A DNA stretch of 64,000 nt from Felis catus (lineage: Eukaryota), in the NCBI RefSeq assembly GCF_018350175.1, contig NC_058368.1:173788001-173852000 (forward strand), in the 5' to 3' direction. The translations under genes were made by a program, and so were the position numbers. Under the pieces are notes generated by a model, which was given only the letters and a program-made list of their open reading frames with translations, ran no database searches and had not been told where the DNA came from. Shown in pieces: positions 52,771 through 64,000 of the stretch (positions are counted from its first letter, which is position 1; every line of letters begins with the position of its first letter).

Positions 52771-53398
52771 AGAATATGACAACCCAGTGCAAATAAACAT
52801 CGAGGGGAGATTTAGACCAAATAGAGAATTTGGGGTTGACTTCCAATAGGCAAAAAGAATACAGGGGAACTAAAAATAAGGCAATTATTAACTGTAAGGA
52901 AACACAAAGGTATGAATTAAAGGAAAAATAATCATAGTTTATTTAGGACCTGGCTCAACTCTGACTAGCATACATCGTCGTAACAATAGAAACATTGAAT
53001 ACTGATCTGAACAAAATTATGATATAAATAAATTAATGGCATGGGGGCAGGGAAACATGTGTGTGCCCAGGAGGAGGTAGGGAGGAAAAAGAGTTAACTA
53101 CTCTTATTTCATGTGGAAAGTCAATAGATAATAGCTAATAATGAAAAATCAAGAATTAGCAACATAAACATGTTATTTAGCCATACAGAGGTAAATATTA
53201 AAAAAAATCACTTAAAAGAGTGGGAAGTAGCTACCCCTGTGGAAAAGAAAAATGCAGGTGAGGGAACCTGGAAACTAGTGTATTTCTTAAACCTTATAAA
53301 ACTAGTTTACTCTTTGTATGCACAGTTAAAAAAGAAAAGAAAACCCTGTAAGACCAGGGTAATATAGAGACTGACTTTTAAAACCTCATATCTTTGAG

Positions 53399-54345
53399 AC
53401 AAGAAATAACAAATGCTGGCAAGGATGTGGACAAAAGGGACTCCTCCTGCACTATTGGGAATGTAAGTTGGTGCAACCACTGGGGAAACAGTATGGAAGT
53501 TCATCAAAAATTTAATAACAGAAAAAAACATATGATCCACTAATCCCACTAGGGTGTATTTATTTTTTTTAAAATTTTTTTTTCAATGTTTATTTATTTT
53601 TTGGGACAGAGAGAGACAGAGCATGAACGGGGGTGGGGCAGAGAGAGAGGAAGACACAGAATCAGAAACAGGCTCCAGGCTCCGAGCCATCAGCCCAGAG
53701 CCCGACGTGGGGCTCGAAGCCACTAGGGTGTATTTAAAGGAAATAAAAACACTAATTTGAAAAGACAGATGCACTACTATGTTTACTGCAGTATTATTTA
53801 CAATAGCTAAGACATGGAAGCAACCTAAGTGTCCATCAATAGATGGACGGATGAAAAAGATGTGATATATATATGTATGTACATACATACATACAAAGGA
53901 ATATTACTCAGCCATGAGAAAGAGTGAGATCTTGCCATTTATAAGAACATGGATGGACCAAGAAGATATTACACTAGATGAAGTAAGTCAGAAAAAGACA
54001 AATACCATATGATTTCACTTATTTGTGGAACGTAAAAACACAAAACAAACAAAAGAAACAGACTTGTAAATACAGAAAACAAACTGGTGGTTGCCAGAGG
54101 GCAGGGGTTTGGAGGATGAGTAAAATAGGTGAAGGGGACTGGGGGGGTATAGGCTACCAGTTATAGAATGAATAAGTCACAGGTATGAAAGGTACAGCAT
54201 GGGGAACATTGTCAATGATATTATAAAAGTGTAGTACGGTGACAGATGGTGGCCACACTTCGTAATATATAGAGATGTTGAATCACTATGTTGTATACGT
54301 GAAACTGATAAACATTGTGTCAACTATACTTCAATAAAAAAAAAA
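53399..54345 (+). mobile_element. Carnivore L1 3' fragment containing a 5'-truncated SINE (53563-53719, -)
   Basis: L1 ORF2 end and 3'UTR; SINE TSD ccactagggtgtattta at 53546-53562 and 53720-53736. Confidence 0.88.
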
Positions 54346-54511
54346 GCCCTCATCTTTGAGGTTCAGTTTATATACAATAAATTGCACACAGATTTTTATT
54401 TGATGAGTTTTGGTAAATAGATATATACACCTGTGTAACCATAACCTCAATCTAAGATCCATCTTTAGTGTCCCTAAATTGTTATTTTTCTATTTAAAAC
54501 CCAACTATGCT

Positions 54512-56632
54512 GGGGTACCTGGGTGGCTAAGTCAGTTGAGCATCCAACTTTGGCTCAGGTCATGATCTCGGTTTGTGAGTTCAAGCCCTGCATTGGGCTC
54601 ACTGCTGTCAGCACAGAGCCTGCTTTGGATCCTCTGTCCCCCTCTCCCGCCCATGCTCTTGCTCTAATAAAAAATAAAACATTAAAAAAACAAAAAACTA
54701 CCTAACTACACTATCCTGTGCTCTTTGTAGATCTACTTACTGATTTTCTATTCTATAATCATTAACATTTAAACTTTACAGAAAATGTCACATCTATGAA
54801 AATGGGTATGGGCAGGCAAACTAAGGGGGGAAGCTGACTGATGCTCAAAACAGTATGAAGCTTCTCTTTGTTTTTTTTTTTTTATTAAAGTAGTTATAAC
54901 AGTCAATATTCCATATTGGCCTGTAGAAAACTATTTTTTTTTAAATTTTTTTTTTAATTTTTTTTTTCAACGTTTATTTATTTTTTTTGGGACAGAGAGA
55001 GACAGAGCATGAACGGGGGAGGGGCAGAGAGAGAGGGAGACACAGAATCGAAAACAGGCTCCAGACTCTGAGCCATCAGCCCAGAGCCCGACGCGGGGCT
55101 CGAACTCACCGACCGCGAGATCGTGACCTGGCTGAAGTCGGACGCTTAACCGACTGCGCCACCCAGGCACCCCTAGAAAACTATTTTTAACAAACATACA
55201 AGAACATATGAGAATGTAAATATGAGTGGAAGAGTTTCAATGATGCTGTTAAAAAAAAAAAAAAAAGGATGCTGGTACACTAGCTTGGTGAAAACCATTT
55301 CCAAAAAAAGTAAGGATTGGAGTGCCCGGGTAGCTCAGTTGGTTAAGCATCCGACTCTTGATTTCTGCTCAAGTTGTGATCCTGTAGTTCACGAGTTCGA
55401 GCCTCATGTTGGGCTCTGCACACAGCATGGAGCTTGCTTATGATTCTCTGTCTCTCCCTCTCTCTGTACCTCCCCCACTCGTGCTGTCTCTCTCAAAATA
55501 AATAAACTTAAAAAAAAATGGGGGGTGCCTGGTGCTTCAGTTGGTTGGGTATCCGACTTCAGCTCAGGTCATGATCTCACTGTGTGTGAGTTCAAGCCAT
55601 GCATCAGGCTCTGTGCTGACATCTCAGAGCCTGGAGCCTGCTTTGGATTCTGTGTCTCCTCTCTCTGCCCCTCCCCACACTCGCACTCTGTCTCTCTGTC
55701 TCACACACACAAAAAATTTTTAAATTAAAAAAAACAAAAGAACCCACAAGTTGTAGTTCCAGGAAGAAAATCCCAGCCTGAGATTGCCACCCTAGAAATC
55801 ACATTTTCTCCTATTCATATAAGGATATAGTAGTTCCCTGTCTTGAAGCTTCCAGAAGCTCCCACTTGCCCTGATTCTACAAAAAAAAGAATATATGCTT
55901 GCTACCATCTTGTACCTTATTGTTAGCCTCAGGACTTATTATATTACTTTTTAGAAACTAATAGTGACAAATGAGAGTTCTCCTGAGGTACTCAGGGAAA
56001 TGGAAATAAATCTAGGTTTATAAAAGCTGTGAAAAGTTTTATGCAAGTTAAGGTTTTCCCCTAGATCTCCTGAGGCTGTCTGGACAATTCTGAAATACAC
56101 CAAAGGACGTCTGACAGTCTTGAGAAAAACCAAAAACCATGAAGGCTGTGGTGCTCAACACACAGTTGGTACAGAGAGATTTTCTCTTAGAATCGTCTGT
56201 AGTTCTTTTTTTTTTTTTTAAGTTTATTTATTTATTTTTGAGAGAGACACAGTACAAGCAGGGGGAGGGCAGAGAAAGAGTGGGAGAGACAGAGAATCCC
56301 AAGCAGGCTCTGCATTGTCAGCACAGAGCCCAATGCGTGGCTCGAACTCACGAACCACGAGATCATGACCTGAGCTGAAGTCAGATACTTAACCGACTGA
56401 GCCACACAGATGCCTCTAGGATCATCTATAATTTTTTTTGTTTTTATTTATTTATATTGAGATCGAGTGAGAAAGCGTGTGCACGTGGAAGAGGCAGAGA
56501 GGGAATCTCAAGCAGGCTCCATACTGTCAGCATGGAGCCTGATGCTGGGCTGGAACTCACGAACTGTGAGATCATGACCTGAGCCGAGATCAAGAGTTAG
56601 ACGCTTAACCGACTGAGCCACTCGGGCACTCC
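54512..56632. mobile_element. SINE cluster: 54512-54700 +, 54940-55173 -, 55319-55518 +, 55521-55735 +, 56206-56416 -, 56432-56632 -
   Basis: Six SINE consensus matches; 54940-55173 has TSD tagaaaactattttt. Confidence 0.9.
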
Positions 56633-56775
56633 TTGTCTCTAGTTTTAATAGCTATCCCTGTTATATTATTGTGTGACTATGAAACTTCATCCATTTGATG
56701 TTCTCCAGCCTTGAGTAGCTGCCCACCTATGGCTCCTACTTCTTAACATCCCTGAGCTCAGGTGCTAGTTAGTTA

Positions 56776-56994
<219 letters not shown>

Positions 56995-57224
56995 CTAAAT
57001 ATGAAGCCCAAGCGAAGGCCATGCATCACGAAGTATGTCGATACCTAAAAGAGAAGCTCCTAAGAGAGAGCAGGCAATCGAGGTTGTTTTAAAAGAGGGA
57101 AAACAGGGCAATCCCAGAGCCTGGAGGCTCAGGACTGTAGACTTTCTAATTTTAAGAGATAGATAGCCATGACAAGTCGTCTCTCACTATTACTATCAGT
57201 CTCAGGATAAACCTCAAACTGTGG

Positions 57225-57402
57225 GTATCAGAATAGAGAGACAAAAACTGGTTCCTATATGATCCTGTTGAGCTGCTGGATCAAGCAGTCATGATGTCCA
57301 TACCACTGCTGAACTTCTAGTAACGTGAGCTGATTCACATCCTTATTGTTTAAGCAAGTCTGAGTTGAGTTTTCTGTTACAGGTGAAATGATTCTAACTG
57401 AG
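57225..57402. mobile_element. Old ERVL/MaLR LTR fragment
   Basis: gagctgctggatcaagc...ttgtttaagcaagtctgagttgagttttctgttac...ttctaactga terminus. Confidence 0.55.
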
Positions 57403-57529
57403 AAAGCTGAACTGTTGCAGGTAAAGAGCATGGGCTTCGATGGCACACAGATCTTATGTATTTATTTTTGTTTGATTGTTTTAAACCCAGATCTATACTC
57501 ATTCAACTTGCCCTTCTTTTTAAAAAAAA

Positions 57530-60228
57530 AAAATTTTTTTTTTAACATTTATCTATTTTTGAGACAGAGAGAGAGAGAGCATGAACAGGGAGGGTCAGAG
57601 AAAGAGGGAGACACAGAATCTGAAACAGGCTCCAGGCTCTGAGCTGTCAGCACAGAGCCCGACGCAGGGCTCGAGCCCACGGACTGTGAGATCATGACCT
57701 GAGCTGAAGTCGGGCGCTTAACTGACTGAGCCACCCAGGCGCCCCTCAACTTGCCCTTCTGAGTTTCACTGTCTCTTGATTTAAGTGGTGATAATCTTAA
57801 GTATACAAAAGCCAGTATAAGTACCTGTGACATGCCAAGCAGACACGCACCATTTGTTGATTTCCCTTTACTGGGAGACAAGTGCTGGGACGTAGCATCA
57901 GGAGCTTGGGCTTTCAAACTTCAAAGAATAAGGCCCCAAACTGTTTCTGGATTCTTTAGGAACTTTTCAAACAGCAGGGGTTGGTATATACTCTGAGAAT
58001 ATAAACTCATGGACTAGGGTACAGTTTAGTAAGCAGGAAAACGAATAACCATTGTAGTAAGCACATATGATTTCTTTTTTTTAAGAGGTGAGAGGGGCAT
58101 CTGGGTGGCACAGTCAGTTGAGTGTTGACTTTGGCTCAGGTCATGATCTCACAGTTCATGGGTTTGAGCCCCACATTGGGCTCTGTGCTGGCAGCTCAGA
58201 GCCTGGAGACTGCTTTGGATTCTGTGTCTCCCTCTCTCTCTGGTCCTCCCCTACTCATGCTCTGTCTCTCAAAAATAAATAAACATTAAAAAATTCTAAA
58301 ATAAATAAATAAATAGGTAAGGATGTGATAACTTTGTCTTCCAATGTGCATATTTTTTTTTCTAATCCTCATTAATTAGTGCAAATGATTTTTTTAAAAG
58401 TTTATTTATTTTTGAGAGAGAGTGTGCACAAGCTGGAGAGGGGCAGAGAGATAGGATCCCAGGCAGGCTTTGCACTGTCAACGTGTAAGTGGGGCTTGAG
58501 CTCACAAACCACGAGGTCATGACCTGAGCCGAAATCAAGAGTTTGATGCTTAACCAACTGAGCCACCCAGGCACTCTGGTGCAAATTTTTTTAAAAATCA
58601 AGTAATTATGCTAGATTTACGATGAAAGTCTTTCACTAACACCACTCTCCACTACTGCTTGCCCCTTGCAGTACCCTAGAGTGAAATTTTACTCTTCTGA
58701 AAGTTACTCTAAACATCTCTAAAAAATGCTCATTATCATTACTTCTTGATTTATCAACTTTAGACATTATCTATTGGCTTCTGCTGTGTTAGATAAAGAT
58801 TTAACTCACTTATGCCACTTCCCCATTTCTCTTCCTAAAATAACTATCTCAATTTATGTTCCATCATCTACAGATAGTATCTCTTGACACCCAATTTTAT
58901 AAGATAAAGATGCTATAAAAGCCCTACTACTCAGAGATCCTATCCCTTTTCACTTCCTAACCTTTATCATCTAGTGCTTTCCATTGTCAAGGCTAAAATT
59001 GTTTTGTTTTATATATAAATTGATTCTAAATATTATAACTAAATAGTGTTTACAGTATGAGGACTATGTTAAAATTATTTACTACACTGGAAATCCATAT
59101 GGTACACTAAGAAAATAATTTCTTTCTTGTTAAGCTTTTTGATTTCCTTAAAGTTTCTTTTTTATCCTCCCTATATTGCCTACAATTATCACTTTACTTC
59201 TTTTAACTCCTCAAGAATGGTGTTGAATCTTGAGAATATCCTTCTTTCCCATTTTTTTTTCATTTTTAAAAACAACTTTTTTGGGGCGCTTGGGTGGCTT
59301 AGTTGGTTAAGCGTCCAACTTTGGCTCAGGTCATGATCTTGCAGTTCATGGGTTTGACGCCCACATTGGGCTCTGTGCTGACAGCTCAGAGCCTGGAGCC
59401 TGCTTCAGATTCCGTGTTTCCCTCTCTCTCTGTCTCTCTCCCACTCAGGCTCTGTCTCTCTCAAAAATAAATAAACATTAAAAAAAGAAAAACCAACTTT
59501 ATTGACAACCCTTATAAATTCACCCACTTTAAATGTGCAATTCAATGATTTGTTGTAAATTTACTGAGCTTGGTAACCATGGCCATAACCAATTTTTAGA
59601 ATATCTTTATAACTGAAATAAGATCCCTCATCCCTATTTACAGTTAGTTCCCGTTCCCATCTCTAGCGCAACCACTCCTCTACTTTATGGCTCTACTGAT
59701 TTGCCCTTCGGGACATTTCATATACGGAGAACTATACACTATGTGACCTTGTGTAAGTGGCTTCCTTTTATGTGGCTTAATATTTTTTGAGGTTTGTCCA
59801 TGTCACGGCATATATCAAGAGCACTTTTTTTAATTACTGAATAGCATTCCCATGTATGAAGACAGCACATTTTGTTTATCCGATTGTTTTTTTATTTTTT
59901 AAAATTTTATTTATTTTTGAGAAACAGAGTGAGACAAAGAGTGAGCGGGGGAGGGGCAGAGAGAGAAGGAGACACAGAATCTGAAGCAGGCTCCAGGCTC
60001 TGTGCAAGCGGTCAGCACAGAACCTGATGTGGGGCTCGAACCCACAAACTGTGAGATCATGACCTGAGCCGAAGTCAGATGCTTAACCGACTGAGCCATC
60101 CAGGGGCCCTGTATTTTTTTTTTTTTTTTTAAGTAGGCCTCATGCCTAGCATGGAGCCCAACATGGGGCCTGACATCAAGACCTGGGCTGAGACCAAGAG
60201 TCGGATGCTAACCAATGGAGCCACCCCT
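57530..60228. mobile_element. SINEs 57530-57745 -, 58094-58315 +, 58390-58576 -, 59283-59490 +, 59890-60109 -, 60115-60228 - amid L1 relics
   Basis: SINE consensus matches; 57530-57745 has TSD tcaacttgcccttct. Confidence 0.88.
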
Positions 60229-60229
60229 A

Positions 60230-63200
60230 TCTTAATCATTTTTCAGTATATTCACGTAGTTGTGCAACAGATCTCCTGAACTTTTCCATCTTGCAAAATG
60301 AAACTTTACACACAACGAACAATCATGTCCCATTTCCCCCTCCCCTCTAGCCTCTGGTAACCAACATTCTATTTGCTTTTTATATTAATGACAGCTATAG
60401 ATACTTTGTGTGTGTCAAATTATACAGGGTCTTTTTATGACTGGCTTATTTCACTTAGTATAATACCGTCATTATGGTACCGTCCATGTTGTAGCATATG
60501 GGATTTCCTTCCTATTTAAAGCAGAATATTTCACTGTACCTGTATATGCCACATTTTGTTTACCTCGTCATCTACGGATGGACGTTTGGGCTGCTTCCAC
60601 TTCTTGGCTTTTGTGAATAATGCTGCTATGAACATGGGTGTGCAAATATCTCTTCAAGACACTTCTTTCAATTCTTTTACACGTATACGCATGTGGGAAT
60701 ATATGAAGTGGGATTGATGGATCATATAATAATTTTTTTAATTTTTTGAAGAAACACCATATAGTTTTCCACAGTGGTTGCACAATTTTATAATCCTACC
60801 CACAGTGGGCAAGTGTTCTCATTTCTCTACAAATTTGCCACAACTCAGGACTTTTTTTCTGTTAAAAAATTTTGTTTTAATAGTGGTCATCCTGAATGGG
60901 TGTGAGATGGTATCTCATTGTGGTTTTGATGTGCCATTCTTTGTGATTTAGTGATGTTGAGCATCCTTTCATATGCTTGTTGGCCACTTGTATATCATCT
61001 TTGGAGAAATGGCCATTCAAGTCCTTTGCCCTTTTAAAAATCAGATTATTTTGTTCAATTTTCCCTTTAATTCTGTCAGTTTTGTAATAAAATGTTTAAA
61101 TGTTGTTGAGTTAAGGAGCTCTTTATATATTCAGGATATTAACCCTTTATCAGATATGCAATTTTAAAATGTCTTCCCCTGGGCGCCTGATTGGCTCAGT
61201 TGGTTGAGTGCCCGACTTGATTTTGGCTTAGGTTGTGATCTCACAGTTGCGGGATGGAGCCTGCGTGGGATTGTTTCTCTGTCTCTCTGCCCTCCTCTGC
61301 TCATGCTTGTGCATGTGTGAACTCTCTCTTAAAAAAAAAAAAAGTGAAAAAAATACTTTATAAAAAAATAACAAAATGTTTTCTATTCCATAGACTGTCT
61401 TTTAATTCCAGATTGTGTTTTTTGGTGCACGCGTTTTAAACTTTGATGTAGTCCCATTTGCCTATTTTTGCCCTTTTTTTTTTTTTTTTTTTTTTGCCGG
61501 TATCTTTGGTGTCATATCAGAGAAAAATGTAAAATCCAATTGTCATGAAGCTTTCCCCTATATTTTCTAAGAGTTTTATAGTTTTTGGCATGATGTAAGA
61601 GATCTTTGATCCATTTTGAGCTAATTTTTATATATGGTATTGGATAAGAGTCCAACTTCATTCTTTTGCATATGGCTATCCGGTTTTCCCAAAACCATTT
61701 GTTGAAAAGGCTATCTTTTTCCATTGAATGGTCTTGGCACTTGAACATCATTTGATTATATTCACAATTTTTTTTTTTTTCTGGGTTCTCCATTTTACTC
61801 CACATGTCTGTAGGGCTGTCTTTATGAGATTACCACACTGTTTTGATTACTGTAGCTTTGTAATATGTTTAAAAATCAAGAAGTACGAATACTCCAACTT
61901 TGTTCTTTTTCAAGATTGTTTTGGCTATTCAGGGTCCTCTAAGATTCCACAGGAATTTTAGGATGATTTTTCTATTTCTGAAAAAAATGCTGCTGGGATT
62001 TTGATAGGGATAGTGCTGAATATGTGGATTACCTTGGGTACTATTGACATCTTAACAATATTAAATCTTTCAACCTATGAACATGAGATGTCTTACCATT
62101 TATTTATGTCTTCATTTTCTTTCAGCAATGTTTTATAATTTTCAGTGTGCAAATTGTTCATCTCCTTGGTTAGGTTACCTCTAAGTATTTTATTGTTTTT
62201 GATGCTATTGTTAACCGAACTGTTTTCCTAATTTCGTTTTGAGATTGTTAGGACACAGAAATGCAATTGACTTTTGTGTGTTAATTTTGTATCCTGCAAC
62301 CTTGCTGAATTTGCCTATTAGCTGTAACAATCTTCCTGTGTGGAATCCTTAGGGTTTTCTTCATATAAGATCATGTTATCTATGAACAGAGATAATTCTT
62401 GCTTTTAAATTCAGATGTCTTTTATTTCCTTCCTTGCCTAACTGCTTTGGTTAGAACTTCCAATACTATGTTGAATAGAAGGGACAAAAGCAGGAATTCT
62501 TGCTTTATTCCTGAACTTAGAGAAAAAGCTTGTAGTATTTCACCATTGAATATGGTTTGCTGGGGTTTCTCCATATAGGGTTTTTATGAGATAGTTTCCA
62601 TCTATTCCTAGTTTTTAGGATGAAAATGTGTTGAATCTTGTCAAATGCATTTTTTTGCATCAGTTGAGATGATCAGGTGGTTTCTGTCCTTCATTCTGTT
62701 AATATAGTGTATTTGATTGACTGATTTTTTATATTGAACCATCCTTGTATTCCCAGATAAATCCCACTTGATCATGATGTATAATCCATATGATATGCTG
62801 CTGAATTTGGTTTGCTAGTATTTTGCTGAGGATTTTTGCATCGGTGTTCATAAGGGATATTGGTCTACAGTTTTCTTGTAGTGTTTATATCTGGTTTTAA
62901 TATCAGGTTGATGCTGGTTTCACAGAATGAAGATACTTGCTATGAGATCTTTTCAAATCTATTGGGACTTGGGGCCCTGGGTGGCTCAGCTAGTTAAATG
63001 TCTGACTCTTGGTTTCAGCTCAAGTCATGATCTCATGGTTTTTGAGTTTGAGCCCCGCTTCAGGTTCTGCCCTGACAGCATGGAGCTGCTTCAGATCCTC
63101 CCCATCCCCCTCTCTCTGTCCCTTCCTTGCTTGCCCTCTCTCTCTCAAAATAAATAAACTTAAAAATTTAAAATCTATTGGAACTTAATTTATGGCCTAA

Positions 63201-64000
63201 AATAAGGTCTTTCCTGGAATATGCCCCTTGTGCACCAAGAAGAAGGTGGGTACTGTTGTTGGTAGACTATTCTGCATATAATTATTAGATCTGGTTAATT
63301 TATTGTGTTGCTTAATTTCTCTCTTTCCTTACTTGTCTCCCATTCTGGTTATTCTATCCATTATTGGGAGTTGGGTATTGGAGTCTCCAACTATTAATAT
63401 AGAACAATTTTTCCCTTTGGGGTGCCTGGATGGCTCAGTCGGTTGCGCGTCTGACTTTGGCTCAGGTCATGATCTCACGGTGTGGGAGTTCGAGCCCCCA
63501 CATTGGGCTCTGGGCTGACAGCTCGGAGCCTGGAGCCTGTTTCAGATTCTGTGTCTCCCTCTCTCTCTCTGCCCCTCCCCTGCTCATGCTCTGTCTCTGT
63601 CTCAAAAATAAACATTAGAAAAAAAATTAAAAAGAACTATTTTTCCTTTTGATTCTATCAGTTTTTGCCTTGTATCTTGATGGTCTGTCATTAGGTATGT
63701 AAATATTTATGATTGTTGTATCTCAGAGTTGTATCGAACCTTTTAATTAATACATAACGTCCTCCTTTGTCTCTTGTAACATTTTCTGACTTATCTATTT
63801 TGTCTCATATTAGTACAGCCACCTGTGCTCTTTGGGTTACATACTCTTTTGGTGCATGGAATATCTTCTCCCATTCTTTCACTTTGAATCTACTTGTGTC
63901 TTTGGATCTAAAGTGTTTTTTGTAGATAGCATGTAGTTGGATCATGCCAATCTGTGTCTTTTGATTGGAGAGTTTACCCCATTTACATTTACATTTTAAA
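60230..64000 (-). mobile_element. Degenerate L1 (ORF2 + 3'UTR) running off the window, with SINEs at 61180-61345, 62971-63165, 63419-63630 (all +)
   Basis: ORF 61512..61805 contains KDSLFNKWFWENRIAICKRMKLDSYPIPYIKISSKWIKDL (L1 ORF2 C-terminal region); many stops and frameshifts. Confidence 0.9.

Larger units (their letters stand above)
49770..53330 (+). mobile_element. Very old L1ME/HAL1-like relic with younger insertions
   Basis: A-rich, L1-like 5'/ORF1 motifs; weak match; SINE at 51650-51925 (-). Confidence 0.4.

Noticed and set aside
60230..64000. Active L1 or further SIMC1 exons
   Set aside because: ORF2 is broken by stops, frameshifts and SINEs; I found no in-frame SIMC1 exon above 56931

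Overview
Mammalian genomic DNA, almost certainly a felid (cat-like), judged from about 45 tRNA-derived CAN-SINEs (including young SINEC_Fc-type copies) and carnivore L1 3' ends. Two spliced protein-coding genes sit tail-to-tail. (1) A complete KIAA1191 (p33MONOX) on the + strand has a CpG-island promoter near 12.9-13.7 kb, two 5' non-coding exons and seven coding exons; by hand these splice to 918 nt = 305 aa + stop (14966..26249), with a poly(A) signal at 27463. (2) The last six coding exons of SIMC1 (C5orf25) lie on the - strand (56931..28175, 313 aa visible); the 5' part is beyond the window. The first ~4.4 kb is a degenerate ERV1-like element with a protease DTG relic. The rest is SINE, L1, L2, MIR, MaLR and MER repeat, often nested. 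I found no convincing new multi-gene system. The most interesting observations are a three-uORF leader plus leaky start on KIAA1191, convergent 3' ends ~140 bp apart with alternative poly(A) and a G17 tract, a local SINE-plus-flank duplication resembling 3' transduction, and dense inverted SINE pairs around frame-symmetric SIMC1 exons. Gene and repeat family names come from recall, not database searches; repeat boundaries are approximate.
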